In this document: piece after piece, positions 39,434 through 48,653 of the stretch
Position numbering within the stretch: position 1 is the stretch's first letter
Layout: each line of letters starts with the position of its first letter
Origin: a virus
Lineage: Duplodnaviria; Caudoviricetes
Reading direction: 5' to 3' (one strand)
Length of the DNA: 53,261 nt
IMG/VR virus record: IMGVR_UViG_3300031687_000019
Location: 1-53,261 of that record
Program-made: the position numbers and the translations under genes
Notes under the pieces: generated by a model
What the model was told of the DNA's origin: nothing
The model's database searches: none
Seen by the model: the letters and a program-made list of their open reading frames with translations, nothing else

Positions 39434-39595
39434 ATGAATATAAGCGATTTGAAGATTTACCTATTAAACCTAGGCACATTTGCAATATCAATGACCCATG
39501 CAGATATGATACTTAAGCTCACCCTATTGGGTGTAAGTATAGGGTACACCGCTCACAAGTGGTGGTTATTAACAAAAAACAAAAATAAAAAATGA
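39434..39595 (+). CDS. 53-aa membrane microprotein (not in ORF track)
   Basis: MNISDLKIYLLNLGTFAISMTHADMILKLTLLGVSIGYTAHKWWLLTKNKNKK; hydrophobic with a basic tail. Confidence 0.65.
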   Translation: MNISDLKIYLLNLGTFAISMTHADMILKLTLLGVSIGYTAHKWWLLTKNKNKK

Positions 39596-39709
39596 AAAAC
39601 TTTATAGCAAAATTAAAACATGAATGGAACTCGTTCTTATATTATTTAATGTTTAAGAACAGAACAAAATAGAATTACTCAACAGGCAACCACACCTCGA
39701 AAATTCTAT

Positions 39710-39750
39710 AATAAAAAAGCCGACGCAATTAAGTGTCGGCTTTTTTTATT
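39710..39750. terminator. bidirectional intrinsic terminator between the convergent arms
   Basis: AATAAAAAAGCCGACGC-AATTAA-GTGTCGGCTTTTTTTATT. Confidence 0.9.
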
Positions 39751-39762
39751 TTAATACACTTC

Positions 39763-41484
39763 TTAACCATCGCAAGCTAAGCAGTCTTCGTCCATTGCTT
39801 TTGCAGCAATATCACCACGCAATACAGATTCTGTCCGTGTATAATATAAGGTTTTAATACCTTTTTTCCACGCTTCAAAGTGAACTTTGTTAAGCCATTT
39901 AGGAGTTGCTACCGCGGGAAACGCTAAATTTAAACTAACAGATTGATCTATATACTGTTGTCTTAATCCGGCCTGGGTAACCAGTTCCAGCTGATTGATC
40001 TCTTTAAATGTTTTAAAAACTTCTTTGGCAGGTATGTCATGATCACCCACGGTAATATTATCCAGCCCGTCAATATCTTGAATTGAACCATAGTCATCCA
40101 ATATTTTATTCCACGTTTCTTCATTGTTTAAATTATGTTTAGTTAATACTTTAACAAGCGTCGGATTCTTTCTAATAAAAGTACCTTTCGCGCTTTGATC
40201 TGTAAAAACATTTGCAGCCCACGGCTCAATACCTGGCGAAACATTACCACTAAGCTTACTATTAGAAACAGTGGGAGCAACAGCACGTAAATGAGTATTA
40301 CGCATGCCAGTTCCAGCACACCACAAAGGCTCGCCATAAATCTCTGCAAGATCTCTAGATGCCCTCTCACTTTCAATTTTAATTTGCGAAAATATCTTCC
40401 TAGTTTCAAACTGAGAGAGTAAGCCTTCGAAAGGAATACCTTTCTCTTGGAGATATGTATGCCATCCAAGGACTCCCAAGCCCAGTGCTCTCCCTTTCTG
40501 CGCAGATCGAACAGCATTTTCGAATCCGCGTAACCCCTTGGCTCTTTGAATAAATTCCTCCATAACTCCGTCAAGAAACATCGTAGCGTCATAGATAAGG
40601 TTAGTATCTTTCCATTCTTCATATTTTGCTAAATTTAATGATGATAGGCAGCATACAAAGCTGTGGCTTTCATCTGTGTGTAATGTTATTTCACTGCATA
40701 TATTAGTCATGTGTACCTTTAACCCGTTATCTTTATATGCTTGTGGATTCGCTTTATTAACGTTTCCTTTAAACATAATATACGGCTCTCCAGTTGCCTT
40801 ACGTTTTCTAAGTAATTTACTCCATCGAGTTCTTGCTTCTCCATCTCCTTGTTCAAGTTTACGCATAAACTTATCACCAACAATTGCGCACTGATGTAGA
40901 TTAAGCGACTGTCTGTTAACATCCCCTTTAGGCTCTCGTATTTCCAACCACTCTTCGAAATCATCATGCTCAATATTAATGTTAACGGACGCAGCTCCTC
41001 TTCTGACAGATCCTTGATTGGTAGCGAGGATTGTGCTATCATAGATTTTGCAAAAAGGTACGACCCCATCTGATGTTCCATTTCCTGTAATTTTAGCGCC
41101 AGCGGGTCTGATCATATTAATTCCAATGCCAACTCCACCGCCATGCTTAGCGAGCAACATCATCTCTAAATTCTTTTGACCTATGTCCTGTATGCTATCA
41201 GCAACGTCAATACCGAAGCAGCTAATAGGCAACCCACGATCAGTACCTGTATTAGATAATACTGGCGAGGCGAGGCAAAGCCACCCACTCCAAATGTATT
41301 CGAAGAACGTTTGCGCCATTTCCGGCTTATATAATCTACGAGCAACTGTTTTAGCAACCCGTAAGTAAGCTTCTCGTGGCGTTTCTCCGTCGAATAAATA
41401 TCCCCCGGATATAGTCTTCTTGTACACGTCGTTGTCACCCCACGCAGGGTAATCCTTGTTTTTTTCCCAATTTTCATTCCACAT
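39763..41484 (-). CDS. nrdA: class I ribonucleotide reductase alpha subunit, no ATP cone
   Basis: ISCF, TNICSEI, APTVSNS, DQSVS, KTLYY, C-terminal CLAC. Confidence 0.95.
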   Translation of the reverse strand: MWNENWEKNKDYPAWGDNDVYKKTISGGYLFDGETPREAYLRVAKTVARRLYKPEMAQTFFEYIWSGWLCLASPVLSNTGTDRGLPISCFGIDVADSIQDIGQKNLEMMLLAKHGGGVGIGINMIRPAGAKITGNGTSDGVVPFCKIYDSTILATNQGSVRRGAASVNINIEHDDFEEWLEIREPKGDVNRQSLNLHQCAIVGDKFMRKLEQGDGEARTRWSKLLRKRKATGEPYIMFKGNVNKANPQAYKDNGLKVHMTNICSEITLHTDESHSFVCCLSSLNLAKYEEWKDTNLIYDATMFLDGVMEEFIQRAKGLRGFENAVRSAQKGRALGLGVLGWHTYLQEKGIPFEGLLSQFETRKIFSQIKIESERASRDLAEIYGEPLWCAGTGMRNTHLRAVAPTVSNSKLSGNVSPGIEPWAANVFTDQSAKGTFIRKNPTLVKVLTKHNLNNEETWNKILDDYGSIQDIDGLDNITVGDHDIPAKEVFKTFKEINQLELVTQAGLRQQYIDQSVSLNLAFPAVATPKWLNKVHFEAWKKGIKTLYYTRTESVLRGDIAAKAMDEDCLACDG

Positions 41485-41510
41485 ATTTTTTATTTATTTA
41501 TTTATTATTA

Positions 41511-42479
41511 TTACCAAATGTCTTCAAAGTCTTCTCCTTCGCCCGCTTTCGAGTAATCAGTCGGCCTAGTGACAAAAAAGTCAGTGTGAGTAACCCCCCC
41601 GGTAAGATGATAAAACCAATCCAAATTGCTCGCTGCTTGTTTGTCATACGCGAAATAGTTTCCCAAGTCAACGTAACCAAGTTCCACAAGTTTTTCATTT
41701 GTTCTTTTTTTAATGAAGTGCTTAAGATCATTTGATGATATACCTTTTATATCTCCCATCTCGAACATTTTGTCTATATACTTTACTTCTAGCTTAACCA
41801 TTGTTTCGGCAGCAGTTATTATATCTTCTCTACATAAGTTTAGTAATTGATTATCTTCTTCACACATGTGTCGGAATAATCTACAACCCATCTTGCTGTG
41901 CAATGATTCATCTCTTACTGACCACTTCATTTGTTGCCCTATGTTTTTAAGTAAATTCCGTAGCTGAAAAGAATACAAGACAGCAAAAGCAGAATACAAA
42001 CTGACACCCTCCGCGAAGGCACTAAATACTGCCAGCGACTTCGCAATACCAATAGTAGAATTGCCGCTGTATGCCACCAAGTTATCAAATCTATCTGCCG
42101 TAGCAGGCTCGTGTAAAAAGGCTTCATAGTCTTCTAGTTTTAAGGTTTCGTTTAAGTAACTGTAAGCTACTGCATGTATTGTTTCTTGCGATCCAAATAT
42201 CATAGCCATTTGTTGTATCTCATGCTTTGGAAACCATCCTACAACTTTCTGCGTCCAGTAATCTGACACGGCACATTCAGTCTGAGCAAAACCTAATAGT
42301 ATATTACCTACTAAGTTCTTCTCTTTAGCATCTAATTTTTCATTCCAATCTTTAATATCACTTTGCATAGGTATTTCAGTGTGTAACCAAAAGGCCTGTG
42401 CTTGTTTTAACCAACCTTCTGTGTAGTACTCTGGATACTCAAAAGGTTTATACGCTATTCTCTTATCAAATAATCCCAT
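41511..42479 (-). CDS. nrdB: class I ribonucleotide reductase beta subunit
   Basis: FWLHTE, ETIHAVAY, AEGVSLYSAF, RDESLH, DFF..RPTDY. Confidence 0.95.
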   Translation of the reverse strand: MGLFDKRIAYKPFEYPEYYTEGWLKQAQAFWLHTEIPMQSDIKDWNEKLDAKEKNLVGNILLGFAQTECAVSDYWTQKVVGWFPKHEIQQMAMIFGSQETIHAVAYSYLNETLKLEDYEAFLHEPATADRFDNLVAYSGNSTIGIAKSLAVFSAFAEGVSLYSAFAVLYSFQLRNLLKNIGQQMKWSVRDESLHSKMGCRLFRHMCEEDNQLLNLCREDIITAAETMVKLEVKYIDKMFEMGDIKGISSNDLKHFIKKRTNEKLVELGYVDLGNYFAYDKQAASNLDWFYHLTGGVTHTDFFVTRPTDYSKAGEGEDFEDIW

Positions 42480-42482
42480 TTT

Positions 42483-42653
42483 TTATAATTGTTTTAAATA
42501 ATTTTTAACTTCTATCCAATACGGTGTGTTTGTCGGGCAAAGCGTAAGTATCGTTTCTACTGTAACTATTGCATGGCCTAAAGCCGCCGGGTAGTGTTGA
42601 TATACTTCCTCGTGTTCCTCTATTAACAACTCTGCTTTTTTTTCTGGTCTCAT
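42483..42653 (-). CDS. 56-aa hypothetical protein (not in ORF track)
   Basis: MRPEKKAELL...YWIEVKNYLKQL fills the gap in the operon. Confidence 0.65.
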   Translation of the reverse strand: MRPEKKAELLIEEHEEVYQHYPAALGHAIVTVETILTLCPTNTPYWIEVKNYLKQL

Positions 42654-42664
42654 ATTTTTTATTT

Positions 42665-42820
42665 TTAATATATTTTCATGTTAAATTCATTTTGTTTTTT
42701 TACCAACTCTCTCCAGGATATACGACCAGTATTTTCCCAGGACCATTTTATCCACTTGTCTATTTGTCTTTCTCCATAAGCTTTCTTAGCTAAGTATTTA
42801 TTATATTTATTTTCTTCCAT
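42665..42820 (-). CDS. 51-aa hypothetical protein (not in ORF track)
   Basis: MEENKYNKYLAKKAYGERQIDKWIKWSW...; overlaps the end of the resolvase gene. Confidence 0.55.
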   Translation of the reverse strand: MEENKYNKYLAKKAYGERQIDKWIKWSWENTGRISWRELVKKQNEFNMKIY

Positions 42821-43256
42821 CTAATATAAGTTTTATCATTGCCGCCACATCTGTTTGGTTTTGAGGTTTATACAGTGTTCTTGTTTCCCCGTTGTTTACA
42901 CACCATCTTTTAAATAGCTTCCAGCGTAAGGGGAATTGCTCATTAGCTCTTCCTTTGCATTCGATTATATAATCAAATCCTGTAAAGTCTGGAGTATACT
43001 TAATGCCTAGTATTTTTTTGGCGCCTCGATTTTTAAACTCTCCCTTGCCATTAGATTGCTTTTCAATAGATTCATTAGGAAATGTAAAGCCTTCTAAGGT
43101 TTTAAATACTTCATCTTCATACAGTTCGAATAAGCCAGCACTTTTTAATGCTAAATACGTATGCTTCTCAAGACCTGATCGGAATTGGATCCCGTCGGCA
43201 CTAGCTTTCTTAGCGCGGACAGGACCTTTCTTTTTTGATCTTTTAAAGGGTTTCAT
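42807..43256 (-). CDS. T7 endonuclease I-like Holliday junction resolvase
   Basis: FRSGLE, KYTPDF, IIECKG. Confidence 0.85.
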   Translation of the reverse strand: MKPFKRSKKKGPVRAKKASADGIQFRSGLEKHTYLALKSAGLFELYEDEVFKTLEGFTFPNESIEKQSNGKGEFKNRGAKKILGIKYTPDFTGFDYIIECKGRANEQFPLRWKLFKRWCVNNGETRTLYKPQNQTDVAAMIKLILDGRK

Positions 43257-44133
43257 TCTTCACAAAAGTTCCGTTAATCATCTGGCCAGTACGCTCTTTA
43301 ATAACACTATAAGCTGATGTTACACAATCTTCAATATTGTAGCCTTCCATACGAGCTAAGTTTGTTAATACAACAACCATATCGCCAATAGCATCAATTA
43401 TTTCAGGCTCATCTTCTTTTAATATAGCTTCGGCTAATTCACCTGCTTCTTCCATTAATTTTAAGTACTGAGTTTTTGAATCTCCTTTATCATATATGCC
43501 TTTATCGTTAGCCCACATTCTTATTAAATCAAAAACGTTTTCGTTAGGAATTTGAGGAGGTGTTGCTGATATATATTTATATTCCGTTTCCGCGGGAGCA
43601 ACGTGTATAGGTTTGTTTACTTCTAAACTCTTGTAGTCGTTTGATCCAACTTCTTCTTTCTGCTTACATATATCAATTAATTTTTTATTGTATATGTAAC
43701 ATCTTTCGTTTCTCCATTGAGAAGTATCAACGGCCTTCATAAATTCATCAACATTTTGTTTTGTTACGGTCGCTATGCTTTCGTTTGGAAGTTTTATAGA
43801 TAATGGCAATCTGTCTGTTATCCAGTTCTCTAGCTTAACAACAGGACACGGAAAAGTAACTGTTTGATTTGTTACATTAGGCTTATCCCCTGCATACGGC
43901 TGCTTTTCTCTAGTTACTTGCGAATAACTTTGTCTATCGGTTTCATAACCAAAACTTCGTTGATGATTAAATTCCATTTCAGAAATTACATCTTTATCGT
44001 CACTACTAGCTAGTATTTCATATTCACCTGCTTTATAGCCTTGCTGATCAATAACTCTTTTTTGTATGTTACTAGTCACTCCTATTTTTAAACCTGGAAT
44101 GTGGTATAAATAATATCTTTTTGCTTTACTCAT
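43243..44133 (-). CDS. mazG: GIY-YIG-like domain fused to a MazG-like NTP pyrophosphohydrolase
   Basis: N-terminal YYLYHIPGLKIGVTSNIQKR; C-terminal KLMEEAGELAEAI..IIDAIGDMVVVL. Confidence 0.8.
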   Translation of the reverse strand: MSKAKRYYLYHIPGLKIGVTSNIQKRVIDQQGYKAGEYEILASSDDKDVISEMEFNHQRSFGYETDRQSYSQVTREKQPYAGDKPNVTNQTVTFPCPVVKLENWITDRLPLSIKLPNESIATVTKQNVDEFMKAVDTSQWRNERCYIYNKKLIDICKQKEEVGSNDYKSLEVNKPIHVAPAETEYKYISATPPQIPNENVFDLIRMWANDKGIYDKGDSKTQYLKLMEEAGELAEAILKEDEPEIIDAIGDMVVVLTNLARMEGYNIEDCVTSAYSVIKERTGQMINGTFVKNETL

Positions 44134-44145
44134 AATTTAATTGTT

Positions 44146-44970
44146 TTAAATGCCAACGCTCAAAGGAGCTTTTATAGCTGGCAATGGATTATATTTAATT
44201 AATTTAATATCTTCAGCTTCTGGTATGTTAACTCCCTCTAGCGCATTATTACAAAGGCCTCTTTCTAATTCAAGTTTAGGTAATCCTCGCTTTGGTCTGC
44301 TTAAATACTCTTTAGCTTGATTTATATGATCGTTGTACAAATGACAGTCGCCAAGCTGTCCTATTAGCTGTCCAGGGATCAAATCAGAGCCTTTGGCTAA
44401 CATCTCTAAGAGTAAGCCATACATTGTAATATCGTACGGCAGGCCAAGAAAAACATCGGCCGATCTTTGCTGCCACATTAAGTCTATAACTCCGTTGTTA
44501 ACGTAAACTTGAAAGCCATAATGACATGGAGGTAAAACCATATCGCTTAGCTCACTAACATTCCAAGCTGACACCATCATACGACGACTAGTATGATCAT
44601 AGTGTATAGCATCGACTAACCTGTAAAGTTGATCTACATCATTCCAGCTTCGCCATTGCTTTCCATACACAGGACCAAGCGTTTCGTCTGTGCGACCTGA
44701 GCGTTCATAGTCTGGTCTCCAGTATTTAACGCCGTTATCTTCTAGATATTTAAGATCAGTTCGGCCTTGTAATATCCAAAGCAGTTCAGTTCTTGCAGCA
44801 TTAAAGCTTATCTTCTTTGATGTAAGTATAGGGAATCCCAGTGACATATCGTGCCTAATCGTTCTTCCGAAGACAGACTTCGTCCCTGTTCCTGTTCTAT
44901 CCTTCTTATCAGATCCTCTGTGGAGTATCTCTGACATAAGCTTTTTATATTCATCCTCTATGTTAGTCAT
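44146..44970 (-). CDS. thyA: thymidylate synthase
   Basis: DRTGTGT, LGPVYGKQWR, LPPCH, QRSADVFLGLP, GDCHLY. Confidence 0.97.
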   Translation of the reverse strand: MTNIEDEYKKLMSEILHRGSDKKDRTGTGTKSVFGRTIRHDMSLGFPILTSKKISFNAARTELLWILQGRTDLKYLEDNGVKYWRPDYERSGRTDETLGPVYGKQWRSWNDVDQLYRLVDAIHYDHTSRRMMVSAWNVSELSDMVLPPCHYGFQVYVNNGVIDLMWQQRSADVFLGLPYDITMYGLLLEMLAKGSDLIPGQLIGQLGDCHLYNDHINQAKEYLSRPKRGLPKLELERGLCNNALEGVNIPEAEDIKLIKYNPLPAIKAPLSVGI

Positions 44971-45235
44971 GTTTTGGTAATACTTTTTTTAGTTTTTCAA
45001 TATAGTTAGATGCATCTAGTAGTTCTTCTTGTATGTGCTGTAGCCACTTATGAACGTCTTGTACATCTTCGTCAAGTGTTACACCATACTTTTCGTATCC
45101 TACATCAGATCTACTAACTAATTGATCGACTACGCTTTCAATTACCGGGTCTCTAAATGTTACTTCTTTTGTTTTCATTTTTAGTTGTTCAATTAGTATT
45201 GCATCGTTTGAATCCATTTCTTTTTTACTCATCAT
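44963..45235 (-). CDS. small all-alpha NTP-pyrophosphatase-like protein
   Basis: RSDVGYEKYGVTL...HIQEELLDASNY. Confidence 0.5.
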   Translation of the reverse strand: MMSKKEMDSNDAILIEQLKMKTKEVTFRDPVIESVVDQLVSRSDVGYEKYGVTLDEDVQDVHKWLQHIQEELLDASNYIEKLKKVLPKHD

Positions 45236-45486
45236 TGATTTGATTTTTTATAATAATACATATAATACTCATACATTTTAATCCACACTTCATTCTTGGA
45301 TAATTGATCAGGAGCATTAATTATTTTGCCATTAAGTTCTAATACTAATATCCATCTTGTGGGTGTTCCAGCGCCTACTGCCGAAGGTGATATTTTTATA
45401 TTATTATCAATACACCAACGTCTTGCAGCTTCTTCTTCTTCGCTTGGGTTATGCTTACCCATCATACTTACTTTAGCTTTAGCCAT
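45232..45486 (-). CDS. hypothetical protein
   Basis: start MAKAK at 45486 minimises overlap with the helicase gene. Confidence 0.65.
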   Translation of the reverse strand: MAKAKVSMMGKHNPSEEEEAARRWCIDNNIKISPSAVGAGTPTRWILVLELNGKIINAPDQLSKNEVWIKMYEYYMYYYKKSNQ

Positions 45487-47185
45487 TCTCCCAAGGCATT
45501 TTAATGTCATCCGGTTTATTAAGCGGTATGTAACAACCACTGTTCTTTTCCCAGGTGAAATGTGTTTCAGCTCCGTTAATACCTAGATTCTGAAACTTAC
45601 ACTTAAGTACTTTTACTTTAACAGTGTTAGCCTCGTAGTCTCTGTGTACTAATAGCCCATGATAACTAGCATCATACCATTCTCCTCCTCCTTTAATAGA
45701 ATACATTGTAGGCTCTTCAATTTCGCCTGTCTTTTGATTCTTATACATTTTAGTGGGGTGGGCAACAACGAATACAAGTACATCGTACTTCTTAGCGAAG
45801 ACTTCAATCTTAGTTAAGTAATCCATAGTATATCTGTTAACATCATCGCTAGCGGCATCTATATCTCTTACCTTGTTAAATGGATCTATAACTAAACACT
45901 TAATACCTTTACGCTTAACAAGCTCTGCACCTTTCTTAAGTACAGCTTCTAAAGAGTATCTTTCCATATCTATGTGAAAGTAATTTGCATTACAGTGATC
46001 AGCTATCTGATTCCACTTGTCTCCTCCGATATCATCTTTAGCAGGCATACCCTCCCAGTGCTTACGCATTAATTTGTGGGCGTGTAAAAAGGTCGGTACA
46101 TTTTCAGGCGAAGCATACGCTGTCTTCCAATTGTAACGTTTGTTATATCCCACAACCATTTGGTCCACAAAATCACTCTTTCCGGAAGAAGGAATACCAG
46201 TGACAGTAATAAATTGACCGGTATAAGTTGAAAAGATATTATCAAAGTCCTCAAGCCCAACCTGAAATCCTGGTGTAAAGCCATTGCGTACAAACTCGGT
46301 AATTTCGTCTTCGATATCCCTAAACGTCGTAACGTTTTCCATTGGCACAGGCTTCGCTCCCGTAATACGCTGTGATAGTTTCTCTTTTCCATATTTCTGT
46401 AGGTATTCGTTTGCGTCTTTACAGTCTTCAAACGTTGTTATAAAACAAACTTCAGATCCTAGCCTTCGTATTAACTCAGTTTGTAATGCTAATCCGGCAT
46501 CGTCTGTGTCAACAGCTAATATGATCTTCTCTTTGTCTTCAAAATAATCAATACAATTATCAAGATAATCAAGGTTGTTATTATTTAATGTTGCTCCGTT
46601 AGGTACTGAGATAGCGTTAGTAACACCTGCTTCATGCAGCGCTAACACATCCATCTCGCCTTCAACTATTATACAATACTCAAAGCCAACAGTAGCATCT
46701 ATGTTATAAAATACTTTTTCTGCACCAGACACAAGCTTAAAGTTTTTTCGAGCATCTCTGTATTTGATGTTCGTTAACTCGCCACCCATAAAATAATTAA
46801 AATGAATTGCATTTTCATTCTTTTGAGTTTGAGGCATGTAAGTTTGACCTTCCGTTACCCTAACTTCTTTTAATGTTTCACTACTTATTCCTCTGGATTC
46901 AAACCATTCAACTACCTTACTAGATACATCGGCATCTACAAAGGGTTTAGGTTTTTCGTATACTTTTTCTGCTTTACCTTTGCGTTTAAAGGTATGCAAT
47001 TGAAAAGGTTTATTGCAGTTGTGACACGTTCCAATACCTCTTTTCCAATCATAAGAAGCGCATTTAGCTTTTTGATTCTTAGGCTTACGATCGTGAGAGC
47101 ACATAGGACATACGCCTTGCGTCTTCTCTTCTAGCTTATGTACATTGTACTCGTCAATTACAAAGCCGTTAATTTCACTTACCAT
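45479..47185 (-). CDS. primase-helicase (T7 gp4/Twinkle-like)
   Basis: CPMC...CHNC zinc finger, TOPRIM EGEMD and DTDDAG, Walker A GIPSSGKS, VIDP, VAHP; start 47185 because the upstream ATG lies in a terminator hairpin. Confidence 0.93.
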   Translation of the reverse strand: MVSEINGFVIDEYNVHKLEEKTQGVCPMCSHDRKPKNQKAKCASYDWKRGIGTCHNCNKPFQLHTFKRKGKAEKVYEKPKPFVDADVSSKVVEWFESRGISSETLKEVRVTEGQTYMPQTQKNENAIHFNYFMGGELTNIKYRDARKNFKLVSGAEKVFYNIDATVGFEYCIIVEGEMDVLALHEAGVTNAISVPNGATLNNNNLDYLDNCIDYFEDKEKIILAVDTDDAGLALQTELIRRLGSEVCFITTFEDCKDANEYLQKYGKEKLSQRITGAKPVPMENVTTFRDIEDEITEFVRNGFTPGFQVGLEDFDNIFSTYTGQFITVTGIPSSGKSDFVDQMVVGYNKRYNWKTAYASPENVPTFLHAHKLMRKHWEGMPAKDDIGGDKWNQIADHCNANYFHIDMERYSLEAVLKKGAELVKRKGIKCLVIDPFNKVRDIDAASDDVNRYTMDYLTKIEVFAKKYDVLVFVVAHPTKMYKNQKTGEIEEPTMYSIKGGGEWYDASYHGLLVHRDYEANTVKVKVLKCKFQNLGINGAETHFTWEKNSGCYIPLNKPDDIKMPWENG

Positions 47186-47198
47186 ATATATAGGGGTT

Positions 47199-47230
47199 AA
47201 AAAAGGGAGCATACATTTCTATATACTCCC
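47199..47230 (-). terminator. intrinsic terminator between ssb and primase-helicase
   Basis: - strand GGGAGTATATAGAAATGTATGCTCCC followed by TTTTTT. Confidence 0.7.
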
Positions 47231-47253
47231 GATAAATTTAATTAGATTAATTG

Positions 47254-47346
47254 TTATTCTCCGTCTAAGCATTCTGGACAGATGTCGCAATATTCAAAGT
47301 CACACTTAGTCATGACTTCATTACACATCTCACATTGCTCTGACAT
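47254..47346 (-). CDS. 30-aa Cys-rich zinc-finger microprotein (not in ORF track)
   Basis: MSEQCEMCNEVMTKCDFEYCDICPECLDGE; TAATG coupling to ssb. Confidence 0.65.
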   Translation of the reverse strand: MSEQCEMCNEVMTKCDFEYCDICPECLDGE

Positions 47347-47669
47347 TAGAAGGGTAAATCATCGACTGCTGGTCCAACAACAATTACTTTATTGCTATTC
47401 ATTTCCATGTTACCTCCCTCTCTGGGTGCTGCATCTACGTTCGTGCCGTTAGTCCAAACAATTTTTACATTACCTAAGTAAACTTTGTCTGCTTTAGCGT
47501 CGCGCTCGTCTTTTGTTTGCTCTACTATTATAGGACCATTGTCTCCATAATTTCCGAGCTCATCGTTAATTGTAATTGTAATTGGTAGGTAGCTACCTTT
47601 CTTTCCTTGATAGATCTTACTCTTAGGAATTTTACTAAGATCTATGTTTGCTTTCATAATACTTGCCAT
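47346..47669 (-). CDS. ssb: single-stranded DNA-binding protein
   Basis: beta-rich core and C-terminal DDLPF tip. Confidence 0.7.
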   Translation of the reverse strand: MASIMKANIDLSKIPKSKIYQGKKGSYLPITITINDELGNYGDNGPIIVEQTKDERDAKADKVYLGNVKIVWTNGTNVDAAPREGGNMEMNSNKVIVVGPAVDDLPF

Positions 47670-47672
47670 AAT

Positions 47673-47840
47673 TTAATACGTTTGTAATTGGTTAAACATT
47701 CTTGCTAATTGTTCTTTTGTCGCGCCCGTGTTTCGTCGAATGTTATCAACGGCTTTTACATGAGTTTGGTTAGTGTAAAAATTCGTTGCTGCAGTTTTTA
47801 TACCTGTTACAGCACAGGTTTGTTTTGGTGTTCTTTTCAT
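47673..47840 (-). CDS. hypothetical protein
   Basis: start 47840 lies downstream of the promoter motif. Confidence 0.6.
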   Translation of the reverse strand: MKRTPKQTCAVTGIKTAATNFYTNQTHVKAVDNIRRNTGATKEQLARMFNQLQTY

Positions 47841-47857
47841 TTTTATATATTTAATTG

Positions 47858-47900
47858 GATTCATATTCATTATCTATTGGTAGTCGTTTTTGTTATGCAA
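47858..47900 (-). promoter_or_regulatory. putative early promoter motif, copy 2
   Basis: TTGCATAACAAAAACGACTACCAATAGATAATGAATATGAATC. Confidence 0.7.
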
Positions 47901-48653
47901 TTATAATGTATCAGTTTTAACATAGTCTTTAAGATCAAATAAAGGATCGTTTATTAGTGTTTCGTAAGCTTCCATAGCTAACTTAACTTTATGCTTACCT
48001 CGTTCATAAAAGTCATCAGAACAACCATATATGCCGATCTGATGCGTCTTCTTGCATATAACAAGGAACACTAAGTCATATCCAAATATTTCTCTATATA
48101 TATAAGCTTGGCTGTCGTAATTATAGATGCTAGCACTTTTTCTAAAGCGATTTATATCACCTGTTGTTTTTATATCTACTATTAAGCCTTGATCTTTGTT
48201 AATGCAATCGGCTTTACCTTTCCACCAAGTGTTATTTATATTTTTGATACCAGGCTCTTCGTATATAACTTCTTTCCCTTCTAATAAAGATTGACATACT
48301 GAATTGTTTTTAATTTTGTTAATCATTTCGTTGCACTTATTAACTTCTTTGCGGGTGATCATCATCTTACCGTCGTTGTTTGCAACATCTTCTTTGTATA
48401 TTTTTGTAACTCTGCTAGACCCTTCTGACACAGGATAGTTAGCCTCCAGTTTATCTGGTTCTAATATAGCTGTGTGTATGTACCCGCCAATTACAAAATT
48501 TATATTTTGTTCCGTAGGTTTTCCAAACTGTTCAGGATCGTTCAGCAACTTATATATATCTGAGTTAGATCTGTATTTTCTACCTACTCCGTCATAATAC
48601 TCTGCGTCACTTCTAAGTAGTTCTACTACTTTACTCTGCTCTGCTTTAGTCAT
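47901..48653 (-). CDS. RecE/exonuclease VIII-like PD-(D/E)xK exonuclease
   Basis: SNSDI, GGYIHTAILEP, KGKADC..IVDIKTT, YDSQAYIY. Confidence 0.85.
   Translation of the reverse strand: MTKAEQSKVVELLRSDAEYYDGVGRKYRSNSDIYKLLNDPEQFGKPTEQNINFVIGGYIHTAILEPDKLEANYPVSEGSSRVTKIYKEDVANNDGKMMITRKEVNKCNEMINKIKNNSVCQSLLEGKEVIYEEPGIKNINNTWWKGKADCINKDQGLIVDIKTTGDINRFRKSASIYNYDSQAYIYREIFGYDLVFLVICKKTHQIGIYGCSDDFYERGKHKVKLAMEAYETLINDPLFDLKDYVKTDTL

Noticed and set aside
41511-42479. NrdB as class Ic or Id because the first metal ligand appears to be Glu (FAQTEC)
   Set aside because: The radical Tyr is retained and no Lys follows the ligand; the subclass cannot be assigned without phylogeny
42569-42793. + strand 74-aa hydrophobic ORF
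   Set aside because: The interval is better explained by two - strand ORFs co-oriented with the operon
10350-47185. Introns, inteins or stop-codon reassignment as in some crAss-like phages
   Set aside because: terL, MCP, nrdA/B, thyA and the helicase are uninterrupted and of ordinary length; standard code 11 gives dense coding
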